The position numbers and the translations under genes are program-made. Below the pieces are notes generated by a model. That model saw only the letters and a list, made by a program, of their open reading frames with translations. It was not told the origin of the DNA and ran no database searches. From assembly GCA_964016885.1 (NCBI GenBank), contig OZ024746.1:3968001-4032000 (forward strand): a stretch of 64,000 nucleotides of DNA, written 5' to 3'. The DNA comes from Eledone cirrhosa (taxonomy: Eukaryota). How positions within the stretch are numbered: the first letter of the stretch is position 1; every line of letters starts with the position of its first letter. Below are positions 13,737 to 25,883 of this stretch, piece by piece.

Positions 13737-13745
<9 letters not shown>
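9805..13745 (+). repeat. Right arm (PLE 3' UTR/pLTR, microsatellite-rich)
   Basis: Starts at the ORF stop codon and ends at TTTTAT|(AT)n. Confidence 0.97.
13537..13691 (+). ncRNA. Type I hammerhead ribozyme motif with about 115-nt stem II
   Basis: 10-bp stem I TTCATTATTT/AAATAGTGAA, CTGAAGA core, long hairpin GTATATATGTGTTA/TAACACATATATAC, then GAAAC-GATC-GTT (palindromic stem III, GUU site). Confidence 0.72.
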
Positions 13746-13767
<22 letters not shown>

Positions 13768-13768
13768 G

Positions 13769-13832
<64 letters not shown>

Positions 13833-13929
13833 CATATAATAATAGGGATATTATATGGTAATTACACTAGATATTGTCTCCACCTCTTTGTCTGTCTCTC
13901 ACCCTCTGAACACACACACAAACAAACAA

Positions 13930-14057
<128 letters not shown>

Positions 14058-14304
14058 TATTAAGATGAAGGCGAAAGGGAAAGGCTGTCCAAATATAATT
14101 ACACAAAATATTCAATAACATTCTACAAGCAATTTTCTCAAACATCACCTACTCACACACACATACACAAATGCACACATATATATACACAAACACACAC
14201 AAATTTATACACACACACACATACACACACACACACTCATATATATATATATAATTATATATATACACGCATATATCTATTTTTATATATACGTACATAT
14301 GTAT

Positions 14305-14398
<94 letters not shown>

Positions 14399-14536
14399 CA
14401 GAAGGGATATTTAATTTGTTGGAAATTCAACAAATACAAATGTTTATAACTGATTCAGAGCACTCGACAAATTTCTGGAGTAAATATTCAATGATATTAA
14501 ATAAATGGAAAAACTATATTTATAAAACCATATTTA

Positions 14537-14594
14537 TTCTATTATATATATTTCAAGGGTACCAAAAACTTTGGTACGCTTTCATCAGATAAAA
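14537..14594 (-). ncRNA. Type I hammerhead ribozyme motif (minimal, PLE-type)
   Basis: Minus strand: TTTTAT-CTGATGA-AAGcGTACCAAA.TTTGGTACcCTT-GAAA-TATATATA-ATAGAA. Confidence 0.8.
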
Positions 14595-14734
14595 TACAAA
14601 GTGTGTTTTATAAATTTTGACATAGCCAAGGAAACATACCTTATCAGTTGAATTTTCCTTGGGTAAGTGTATATATATATATAGAGGTAGAATACTGGAA
14701 GGTAATATCCGTATTGGTAGAGCACTCAGTTCAT

Positions 14735-14850
14735 ATATACAACACATACATACACGCCCGTGTATATATATATTTATATACAACACATACATACACGCCC
14801 GTGTATATATATATTTATATACAATACATACATACACGCCCGTATATATA
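14735..14850. repeat. About 42-bp tandem repeat, 3 copies
   Basis: TATACAACACATACATACACGCCCGTGTATATATATATTTA repeated. Confidence 0.8.
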
Positions 14851-15036
14851 TATATAATGTTTCTTTTCTTTTCTTTACTCTGTGTTTTATATTTCATTTA
14901 ATAGTTTTCTCTTTGTTTCTTTCTCCTTTCATCAAGGATGTCACTCTACAAATATATTTCCGGTTTACAATTATTTAAGTACATTATTCAGTATCGACCC
15001 TTAAATCTTTCTCATTCCCCCACATCTATCTTCCGT

Positions 15037-15081
<45 letters not shown>

Positions 15082-15120
15082 ATATATATTTATAAACACA
15101 TAAATTCTCTCTGTCTTCTT

Positions 15121-15176
<56 letters not shown>

Positions 15177-15202
15177 AAAACATAAATTCTCTCTGTCTTC
15201 TT

Positions 15203-15260
<58 letters not shown>

Positions 15261-15338
15261 TAGTAACACAATAGTTAGTTCAGCATACCGAGAACAATTG
15301 ATTCACCTTATGCGGATCTTCAGTCACATAAACACAGA

Positions 15339-15394
<56 letters not shown>

Positions 15395-15929
15395 GGTATG
15401 TGTGTGTATAATTAAGAAATATTCTCCAAAGAGCAACGGAAAAATGACAGTTAAATAAGATGCTAAATATATTATTGGAGAAGGTAGAAATTTATTTCAT
15501 ATAGAAATAACTTCTACAGGACTTGAAGTGTTTCATGTGTTCCAAATCATTAGTACACAGTCTTAGTCCTATGGACGTTATTTGAGATATATCTTACTGT
15601 TAGGTAGGTACCAGTGAGATGCTTGTGAGATGTAAATGACTGAACATTTCACACACACGTGCACCTCTTAACGAGATTTTCTGAGAAATTCGGTGTGAAA
15701 CATTTTGAGACAAGGCGTTAGCTTTTTAAATTAAAAGAATTTTTTAAATTTCCCACTTTTACTTGTAATGTTTAGATCAGCTTGAGGTTATGGTAGCTGC
15801 ACTATGAGATCGAACCCAGAACTATGAGTTTACCAAGTGATCTTGTTAACCACACAAACAATGTCGGTGGCCGTATAAAAAGATATATTCGTTCATGTAG
15901 AGGTATGTGCTGTTAAAAACCTTTATATT

Positions 15930-16042
15930 CTTAATCCTTTCGGGGGTCGATAAAATAAAATACCAGTAATGCACTGGGGTCAATTAAATCGACTTTCCCC
16001 TTCCCCAAAATTGTTGGTCTTGTGCCTAAATCATAAACCAAT
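15930..16042 (+). mobile_element. Nin/Deu-domain-type tRNA SINE, 3' part
   Basis: GGGGTCGATAAAATAAAATACCAG core and 3' end matching the family. Confidence 0.75.
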
Positions 16043-16084
16043 ATTCACTAGGGTCGGTAGAAATTAAAACCAGAAGTTCCAATA

Positions 16085-16308
16085 ATGGTTTCTTATACAG
16101 GCGCAAGGCCAGCAATTTTGGGGGAGGGGAAAGTCGATTAAATCGACCTCAGTCGATAACTGGTACTTTATTTTATCGACCACGTAAGGTTGAAAGGCAA
16201 AGGCAAAGATAACCTCGGCGGGATTTGAACTCAGAACGCAAAGGGCCAAAACTCTATGTTGCAAAGCATGGTGTCTGACACTCTGCCGATACTGCCAATC
16301 TACCGCCA
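16085..16308 (-). mobile_element. Nin/Deu-domain-type tRNA SINE
   Basis: Minus strand A-box TGGCAGTATCGG, B-box GAGTTCAAATCCC, core GCCTTTCA..GTCGATAAAATAAAGTACCAG. Confidence 0.85.
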
Positions 16309-17386
16309 TCAGTAATTCCAGTAATATAATAGGGTTGATTTCACCGATCACATTGACCCTAACGTCTCCTCTTAAAACAACAATAACAAACAAATAAACA
16401 AATATGTTTTATGCTCAACAAAACAAAATTAACATTTACATATCAGAGGAAACAACCTTCCCATTTAAAAAGCTGACGCCTTGTTATTTATTTTTATCTT
16501 ATTTTTCATCGCACGTAGATTCTCTAAACCTATCTGGCACATCCTCGTTCGTGTATTCCGTTCTAGATACTACATATTATTCTATTATTACAAAGATTCC
16601 TTGCTATACATCACACTAGAAGATTTACTGGCTGTGTGTTCGTTTATTTCGTTCAGTTGCCCTTTTTAAAATTCTATTCTTTTATTTATATATTTATTTC
16701 TTATTTATTTTTTTCGTCGGGTTCACGAAGAGCAAATAGGAACATTAAGAACGCCAGTTATTCAGTATTATTCCCACATGGAAATCGTTCCACTTTTAGT
16801 GATTGATCGAACAACTCAATGATGACAGATCTTCGGCTTTTAAAAAATGTCCTTTGATCATTTCCAATAAAAATCGGCTCGAGATTTACTGCTGACTGCA
16901 TACTGCTGTCACGGTACACCTAATTGCCAGTCGCAGTTTTCTGTCTGAGTCATACAACACATTCAAGCCAATAGAGCAAGAAAGATCAAAACTGTTTGCT
17001 TGTCTCAGTACTGAATGACCGGAATAGTTACCTCGACACGCTTTCTGATGAAGGTGACTGATCTACAACTGTCATGTATTACTTGGCGGCTGGCAACAAC
17101 CGCAACGTGTAATAGGCTGTAATGCTACCACCAATGCTTATTTTGCTATCACTTCTCATAATATAAATATCGACCGCAACTGGAAAGCGGGTGTAGTGTT
17201 TATGTCACTTGGAAAGGGTCCATCACGTGCACTAGATCACAAGGAATGCTGCAGTTTGCAGACTGCCACGTTTCATCTATTCCTAAGGACAATTAAAGAC
17301 GGCCTCTGCTTCGTTTGCATTCTTTGCACTTGGCTACTTGGCTACTTGGAAATATCGCCTCCTTCAAATAATCTACAATAATACAC

Positions 17387-17455
<69 letters not shown>

Positions 17456-17628
17456 TGTATGTATGTATGTATGTATGTATGTATATATATATATATACAT
17501 ACATACATACACACTTACATATATATATTTATATATACATACATACATACATACATATATATATACATATACACACACATACATACACACATACTTAAAC
17601 ACGCACACACATACATACACACACACAC

Positions 17629-17722
<94 letters not shown>

Positions 17723-17821
17723 GCACACATACATATATCTATATATATATATATATGTATATATATATGCACACATACATATATCTATCTATATATAATA
17801 TAAACATATACTCATGCACGC

Positions 17822-17882
<61 letters not shown>

Positions 17883-18204
17883 AATATAAATATATATATA
17901 TGTGTGTGTGTGTGTGTGTATACAAAAAGGAAAGAGAGCTGGGGAGAGATAAAAGTTGAAAGAAAGTGATACTAGATAAATTGATAGAGATGCGTGTGTG
18001 TGTGTGTGTGTGTGCGTATGTGTGTGTCTATATGTGTGTGTGTGTCATCATAATGCAGCGACATTTCCGGCTAAAAGCCAGTGAATCAATAACAGCTTCT
18101 AGTAGGAATGTCCTCCATTTTGCTACTGTCATTAGAAAAGAATGAACGCCACAGAAGCTCCCCTTTCTCATATTATAATTAAAATTGTTTATTGTTGACT
18201 TCGG

Positions 18205-18206
<2 letters not shown>

Positions 18207-18255
<49 letters not shown>

Positions 18256-18400
18256 CACTACTACCACCGCCGCCACCACTACCACCACCGCCGCCGCCAC
18301 CACCACCACCACCACCACCACCACCACCACCACTACTACTACCACCACCACCACCACCACCACCACTACTACTACTACTAACAATGATAATAATAATGAC
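18207..18400. repeat. (ACT)n/(ACC)n trinucleotide tract at a SINE 3' tail
   Basis: Direct reading. Confidence 0.9.
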
Positions 18401-18616
18401 GATTGTTCTACTTTAGGCACAAGGCCAGCAATTTGAAGGGAGAGGAAAGTCGATTAAATCGATCCCCATTACGTGACTGGTACTTATTTTATCGATCCCG
18501 TAAGGATGAAAGGTAAAGCTACCTCGGTGGGATTTGAACTCAGAACGTAAAGGGTCATAACTCTATGCTGCAAAGCATGGTACCCGACGCTCTACCGATA
18601 CTGCCAATCCACCATC
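18401..18616 (-). mobile_element. Nin/Deu-domain-type tRNA SINE
   Basis: Same family motifs as 16085-16308. Confidence 0.85.
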
Positions 18617-18706
18617 CTAATAATAATAATAATAAATATGTGTGTGTGTATGTGCACACAAACACATACGAACACCTATATGTACAGTGAAACACACAGA
18701 CAGACA

Positions 18707-18801
<95 letters not shown>

Positions 18802-19239
18802 ATTTATATTGGATTAGCCAAGACGATTGTAATAACAAAGAAATAACCATTCAAATCGAAACATTTTCTTAAAAAAGTGAAAAAGTGTTATAAACTATTT
18901 GGAAGTTTATAAGATGTAACTAAACACTTCTTTACACGTTATATCTCAAGTGTGATATTGTTGAGTTCACTTTTTCTTTTATCATACATTGTGATATTTG
19001 AAGCTTTGCATAATTATTCTAAGTGGTTATTCGTTCTGCTAGAAATAGCAGCGATATATCCATCGAACCACATCTTACCATCTCTATAGAGACATCTTGG
19101 ACAATGTACTAGATACGTTACACCACGCCGAAAAAATAACATTGGGAGGTCTTAGATAGAATATTTTTGGGCATGTGTTTGCTCGAGCTCGACTGACATT
19201 CGTTTATATTTTTGTAAATTCTTTTTGCAATACATCATT

Positions 19240-20578
19240 GTAAGCTCCCTAACAGTGTCAAAAGAGGATACATCACGAACGAGATCGCGCGAATCAAAAA
19301 CAGATGCAGCGATCCCGCGAGTGGTGTCACTCATACCAAGCGATTCCTCGAGGTGCTGGAGACGAACGGATATCCACCTCGCTCACAGACAGAGTAGGAG
19401 ACACCAGACACAAGAGACAGAGAGGCACCCAAGGCAAGTGCTTCCTTAAAATGCCACACCTGGGCGAGAAAACCACCAACGCTATCCGCAAGGCTATACG
19501 GAGGGAGGGCCTCGTCATCCACCTGGCCCACTCGGGCCCCTCCCTGCGAAGATGCCTCTCCAGGAAATCAACTGACGCGTGCTCCCTCAGAGACTGCCCG
19601 ATACGCCATGCGAACTGTTGCCTGCGCACATACGTCGTGTATAAGATAGAATGTGACAGGTGCAACGAATACTATATAGGTAGCACAATCCGACCTTTGC
19701 ACATCCGGATCAAGGAACATACTAAAACCAGGGCCTCGTCTTTCCGGAAACACATAGACAAATGCGGAAACAAAGACGGAAGGCCCATTGTCGCAATTCT
19801 AGCGACTGAAAGAAACGTCTGCACGTTACGTATTAAGGAAGCGCTTTTTATCAAACGCCTGGAACCGCAAATAAACAATAGATCCGAGAGAAGCGAAATG
19901 AGGTGGCTGGTTTAAGTTAACAAACGATACAGCCACACACGCACACACACACAAACGAGACAACTACTCACGCACACGCACACACACACACACAGTAGCA
20001 TTCCACCATACGAACATACTACACTGCCAATACAGAGGAACAAGGCAACAACACACGCACACACACACACACTCAAGCGAGACAACAACACACGCACACA
20101 CACACACAGTAACATTTAACAAACAGGCAGAGAATGGACTGACAGCTAGCGCCACCCCACTCCCACATTCGGCCGCTGACCTCCGCCCGACCGACCCCAT
20201 TTCACGCGCACGCGCGTTCTGCTGAATACCTCAGATATTCAAAACAACAAACAGCGGAGGACGCGTTTCGCACCTTTCCTACAGACAACCTTTCCCCCAC
20301 CCCGGAAAAAACCCCCAGTTGATGGATGTGAATCCGAAATATATAGGGACAATTAAATCTCTCCCAAGGTAACTCTCTCTCGTGTTGTTATTTTTATTTT
20401 ATCCTTTATACTCTTTCCTTCATTCCTCTACACGCTACAGTCTTCTACACGCCACGCATCTCAACGTTCACCCACTTACATCTCTCTCGCCACCACCGGA
20501 TCTTGTTACCCGGAGATTTACCTTAAAGATATTTACCTATTATTCCACAATGCTTCAAGCAAACTTCAATACTCTCTT
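19240..20578 (+). mobile_element. Penelope-like element remnant (thumb, linker and GIY-YIG, ORF 19304-19915) with 3' UTR ending in (TA)n
   Basis: C..CP..C, VVYKIECDRC..YIGSTIRPLHIRIKEH, LRIKEALFI..P.IN. Frameshifted upstream. HHR-like motif at 20313-20349. Confidence 0.88.
20313..20349 (+). ncRNA. Degenerate hammerhead motif in PLE 3' UTR
   Basis: CCC-CAGTTGAT-GGATgtgaATCC-GAAA-TATATA-GGG. Homologous to 31342-31378(-). Confidence 0.5.
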
Positions 20579-20593
20579 ATATATATATATATA

Positions 20594-20650
20594 GCCCAGA
20601 ATTAGCCGTCGAAACGGCTTGAGCTCAGCCGTCGGGGTCCTACTCGTTCC

Positions 20651-20652
<2 letters not shown>
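20594..20652 (+). mobile_element. Single short arm of palindromic HHR mini-element family X
   Basis: Matches the right arm of 22358-22545 and is flanked by (TA)n. Confidence 0.8.
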
Positions 20653-20693
<41 letters not shown>

Positions 20694-20869
20694 CGTTTCT
20701 GAATTTGTTTAGCAAGATTCTTTATCTGAAAACGTGGGGACAGCTCTCCGTCGGTAATGGTCAACTGTAAACCAGAATCTCCCTCCCCGACTAAATTTAG
20801 TTTCTGCGAGTATCGACTGATCAGGCGTGTGCAGCCCAGCCGCACCTGTCATTCACGGTGCTTATACCG

Positions 20870-20932
<63 letters not shown>

Positions 20933-20939
<7 letters not shown>

Positions 20940-21226
20940 GGAAAACGAAGAATCACAAGTTCCTCAGATACGTCTAGTGACTTCGAAGCAAATCCTCTGT
21001 CTGACAGACGTATCTGAAGAACTTGCGAATCCAGAGACACGTTCGATCCACAAATAGATCGCACCTCGAGCTGTTCGCCGGGGAAACAACTGTAATACGC
21101 TAATAAATTGTGTTCCGATGCATCACTGATTCTTCGTTTTCCATATTATTATATTCTGCTCAGAAGGAGCATAGAGTTCTCAACTGGATACCGCCTATGG
21201 ACGCATCCAAGCAACCTTACTACAAA
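20933..21226 (+). mobile_element. (TA)n-flanked HHR mini-element with partial inverted arm
   Basis: ATAATATGGAAAACGAAGAATCA inverted at 21127-21149, second inverted piece 20955-20974/21006-21025, one-sided tail. Confidence 0.7.
21009..21099 (+). ncRNA. Type I hammerhead motif with about 62-nt stem II region
   Basis: CGTAT-CTGAAGA-(62 nt)-GAAAC-AACT-GTA-ATACG. Homologues at 61935-62025(+) and 62198-62288(-). Confidence 0.72.
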
Positions 21227-22303
21227 TATATATATATTCATAAAACCCACGCCAGTCATCATGAAAAGCGAACATGATGATGATGATGATATTTTGGTGT
21301 ATATGTGTGAGTGTGGATGTACTTGCACCTTTGTGTGTGTCTGTGTCTTAATAAAAATTATCAAATTGATTGGTTAATTAAATACGTAATCAAATATACA
21401 GTATATCGAAATGAATAAAACCACACAACAACAACAACAACAAAACAAAAACCAAACAAATGAAATTGCTTAGCAACAAGGAGAGTAACAATGGCAAATG
21501 ATAAGAACAACAGCAACTAAAACAGAAGCTCATGAATTTTTAGACAAAGAACTGTTGGTGGTATGTAAACCACATCCGACGAACCGAAGCAGCGAAAAGG
21601 GAAATCGACAAAAATAGCTGAATAAGAAAAGAAAAATAATGATAGCAAAAATGTTTTCTGCTTGACAGAAAATAAAACCTTTTCTCCTAAGTTTATTAGT
21701 CTAATTTAAGGCAGTAACAAACAAATAAAATAAGAACACAAGCTTTACTAAAACGAAATATATTTTTAATTCATGGTAATACCGGTAATAAGACTTAAAC
21801 TATAGGGAATAATTTATAAGCTACAGGAATAAGCAGGTGTTTAAATGTAAAGATTTTTGGACGCTTGTATTTTATCTGTTCATTTTCCCAAGCAGGAGAA
21901 AAACTAATGCGCATGCGTTATTTTTCTCGGTCTGTTAAGCAACCGTTGTTAAAGAACACTATACACTGTATTATTCATTACATGATGTGTTGATATGTTG
22001 TGAGTGTGTAAGTGTGTGTGTATGCGTGTTTGTGTGTATGTATGTATGTGTGTGTGTGTGTGTTTGTGTATGTGCATGTGTGTGTTTGTGTGTGTATGTG
22101 TCTGTATGTGTGTGTATATGCGTGTTTGTATGTATGTGTGTGTTTGTGTATGTGTATGCATGTTTGTGTGTGTTTTCAAACGAAACTTGTTTTTATGTGA
22201 TAGATTAATGATAGTTTTCTCATTGAAATCTATATAAAAATATATTTCAATTCAAGTCAACATCAATTTCAATTCCAACATCATATTAGGTCTCAGAATG
22301 ATG

Positions 22304-22357
<54 letters not shown>

Positions 22358-22359
<2 letters not shown>

Positions 22360-22545
22360 CGAAGGAAATGTGGTAAGGAACCAGATGGACCATAACGCAG
22401 CAAAGAACTCAATACTTAGGGTAGTAGAGTGGGTAATAGGAACGAGTAGGACCCGACGGCTGAGCTCAAACCGTTTCGACGGCTAATTCCAGAATTAGCC
22501 GTCGAAACGGCTTGAGCTCAGCCGTCGGGGTCCTACTCGTTCCTA
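22358..22545. mobile_element. Asymmetric palindromic HHR mini-element, family X
   Basis: About 55-bp inverted arms centred near 22490, about 75-bp extra tail on the left, (TA)n on both sides. Confidence 0.85.
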
Positions 22546-22912
22546 TATATATATATATATATATATATTTAAAAAAAATAGAGGTGTGACACACGAGTTG
22601 TGATATATTAGTAAAAAGGAAAAGAAAATGGTGATAAATTTTTCCCAGTGAAAAATAGTTTAATTAGGAATAAGTATAAATTAGTAATAAGTATTGGTTA
22701 GTATTCAGTTTTAGTTTTAAGTTTTTACCGGTTGCGCATTTCTTATGCTTTTCAAAAATAATTTTGTGATAGAGTGCTCTTGATTTTTGCTCTAATCTGA
22801 TCAGTTTTAGAAATTCTTCCTGTTTTATGTGAAAAAAGTGGCTTGGGAGGCATTAAGATTACATTGAGTTTTTCATACGGCTTGGACCCTACCATTAATT
22901 GGTGGATTTATC

Positions 22913-22952
<40 letters not shown>

Positions 22953-23077
22953 GATAACTTGCTGAAGGTCCTCGACAAAAGACTCAACTGAGCTACCCAG
23001 AGCCTCGTCATCCAGGTACCTGACGACAGCCAAAATTATAGAATTTTCGAATAATTATATTAGTTTCATAAAATACT

Positions 23078-23280
23078 GGTTTCTGATTTAGGCACAAGGC
23101 CAACAATTTCGGGGAGGGGGGAAAGTCGATTACGTCGACTCCAGTGAATTACTGGTACTTTATTTTATCGACCCCGTAAGGATGAAAGGCAAAGCTAACC
23201 TCGGCAGGATTTGTACTCAGAACGTAAAGGGATGTAACTCTATAAAGTATGTTGTCCGCCGCCCAACCGACCTGACAATC
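23078..23280 (-). mobile_element. Nin/Deu-domain-type tRNA SINE
   Basis: Family core TTTTATCGACCCCGTAAGGATGAAAGGC. Confidence 0.85.
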
Positions 23281-23465
23281 CAAGGGCCATTAGCTTCATA
23301 AAATACAATTATTTATTTAGGATCATAAACCAATCCACTGTAACTCTGAGTAATTGACATAACTAAGCCGACTTACTCTATATTACGGATATGAGTTCAA
23401 ATAAAATATACTCTGAAATATAAATTATTTCATCCTTATATCCTCACCTAGCTAAAGCCTCATTA

Positions 23466-23650
23466 TAATTGTTTCTACTTTGGCACAAGGCCAGCAATTA
23501 TTCCAGTGTATTACTGGTACTTTATTTTATCGACCCCGTAAGGATGAAAGGCAAAGTTAACCTCGGTGGGATTTGAACTCAGACCATAAAGGCCGTAACT
23601 CTTTTCTGCAAAGCATGGCGTCCGACCCTCTACCGATACTGTCAATCCAT
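23466..23650 (-). mobile_element. Nin/Deu-domain-type tRNA SINE (short subfamily)
   Basis: Family core with a deletion in the 3' region. Confidence 0.85.
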
Positions 23651-23744
23651 AGCTAGCATTCAGGTTACATATATGTTCCATTGCTGAGAGTCTAGAAATT
23701 CTATTAGAGTCACCTCTCACCATTGAATTAATAATTTGATGGAA

Positions 23745-24085
23745 GAGAGCGGATCTGAGGACCTCGCAAATCTGGCAGCTGCTTCACGGCAACGCACCAG
23801 CGCATTCATAGCAGACGATACAAGGTTTTATGGAAAAAAAAAAGGCATGTGTGTATTCCCAGGCTTCCTATTCACCAGGCATGGCTCCTTCTGACGTCTG
23901 GTTCTGCAAAATGAAGATGCCACTGAAAGCCTCTCGCTTTAAAAGCCTCGAGGACATCATGTGGTGTGTGACGGCGAAGCTGTGAACTCTTTTATTTGAA
24001 GCATTCCAGACGGGTTTGGAACAATGGAAATATCGGTGGGCTAGATGTATGGAGACACAAGGGACGTATTTCGAAGGGTATTATC
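23745..24085 (+). pseudogene. Mariner transposase C-terminal remnant
   Basis: Translates WQLLHGNAPAHS, YSPGMAPSDVWF (YSPDLAPxD motif) and QWKYRWARCMETQGTYFEG. Confidence 0.85.
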
Positions 24086-24391
24086 AATTGAACCACATCA
24101 AATACGTAATATTTCCCTGAAGTGTTTGTCGTCAGATCTAGTATTTTAACCAAGATGAAAATCGCAATATTTTCTGAAAGTCAAAGTACGATACAGTGAG
24201 GTTCATGCATTTCCCCAGAACATGATTAACTAAAGTGAAGTGAAATTACTTCAGCTGAAAAGCAAGACTAGTTTACAAACTTATAACACCACCAGACTAT
24301 TATACTGAAAGAAACTGGGGACAGTTATAATGTTTCTGTATATAGACAGAGACACACACGCATGTATATATATAATTATATACATTATAGA

Positions 24392-24568
24392 TGCAGTATC
24401 AGTAGAGGGTTGGACGCCATGCTTTCCAGCATAGTTACGTCCCTTTACGATCTGAGTTCAAATCCCGCCGAGGTTGACTTTGCCTTTCATCCTTACGGGG
24501 TCGATAAAATAAAGTACCAGTAATGCACTGGGTAATTGCTGGCCTTGTGCCTAAAGTAGAAACAATTA
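24392..24568 (+). mobile_element. Nin/Deu-domain-type tRNA SINE (short subfamily)
   Basis: B-box GAGTTCAAATCCC and family core. Confidence 0.85.
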
Positions 24569-24674
24569 TAGATGCATACACGATATATAAATACGAGTGT
24601 ATCTGTTTGTGTATATAAACATACAAATATATAATTATATATATATAAATATACATGTATATACATATACACAA

Positions 24675-25883
24675 TGCGTATGTAAATGTGTGCCTGTATG
24701 TATGTATGTAAATGTGTGCCTGTATGTATGTAAATGTGTGCCTGTATGTATGTATGTATGTAAATGTGTGCCTGTATGTATGTATATAAATATGTGCCTG
24801 TATGTATGTATGTAAATGTGTGCCTGTATGTATGTATGTATGTAAATGTGTGCCTGTATGTATGTATGTATATGTGTGCCTGTATGTATGTAAATGTGTG
24901 CCTGTATGTATGTATATGTGTGCCTGTATGTATGTATGTATATGTGTGTCTGTATGTATGTATATGTGTGCCTGTATGTATGTATGTATATGTGTGTCTG
25001 TATGTATGTATATGTGTGCCTGTATGTATGTAGGTATGTATGTATGTATGTAGGTATGTATGTATGTATGTATGTGGGTATGTAGGTATGTAGGTATGTA
25101 GGAAGGTATGTAGGTATGTAGGTATGTATGTATGTATGTAGGTATGTAGGTATGTAGGTATGTAGGTATGTAGAAAGGTAGGTATGTATGTATGTATGTA
25201 GGTATGTATGTATGTATGTATGTAGGTATGTATGTATGTATGTATGTATGTATGTAGGTATGTATGTATGTATGTATGTAGGTATGTAGGTATGTAGGTA
25301 TGTAGGAAGGTATGTGTGTATGTATGTAGGTAGGTATGTATGTATGTATGTATGTAGGTATGTAGGAAGGTATGTATGTATGTAGGTATGTATGTAGGTA
25401 GGTATGTATGTAGGTATGTATGTAGGTAGGTATGTATGTAGGTATGTATGTAGGTATGTAGGTATGTAGGTATGTAGGTATGTATGTAGGTATGTAGGTA
25501 TGTGTGTATGTATGTAGGAAGGTATGTGTGTATGTATGTAGGTAGGTATGTATGTATGTATGTATGTAGGTATGTATGTAGGTATGTAGGTATGTGTGTA
25601 TGTATGTAGGTAGGTATGTATGTAGGTATGTATGTATGTATGTAGGTATGTATGTAGTATGTATGTATGTAGGTATGTAGGTATGTAGGTATGTAGGAAG
25701 GTATGTATCTATGTAGATAGGTAGAAAGGTATGTATGTATGTATGTAGGTATGTAGGTATGTATGTATGTATGTATATGTATGTAGGTATGTATGTATGT
25801 ATGTATGTATGTATGTAGGTATGTAGGTATGTAGGTATGTAGGAAGGTATGTATCTATGTAGGTAGGTAGGAAGGTATGTATG
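24675..25883. repeat. Compound (TATG)n/(TAGG)n satellite with TGTGCCTG interruptions
   Basis: Direct reading. Confidence 0.92.

Larger units (their letters stand above)
4126..13745 (+). mobile_element. Penelope-like element (Naiad-like) with about 3.9-kb inverted arms, inserted in (TA)n
   Basis: PLE ORF 8174-9808 enclosed by inverted repeats 4257-8183 / 9805-13745. Left arm has about 130 bp of extra tail. (TA)n on both flanks and an HHR motif in each arm. Confidence 0.9.

Noticed and set aside
4257-13745. DNA transposon or Polinton with long TIRs
   Set aside because: Enclosed ORF is PLE RT/GIY-YIG. Arms are the 3' UTR starting at the stop codon and are asymmetric
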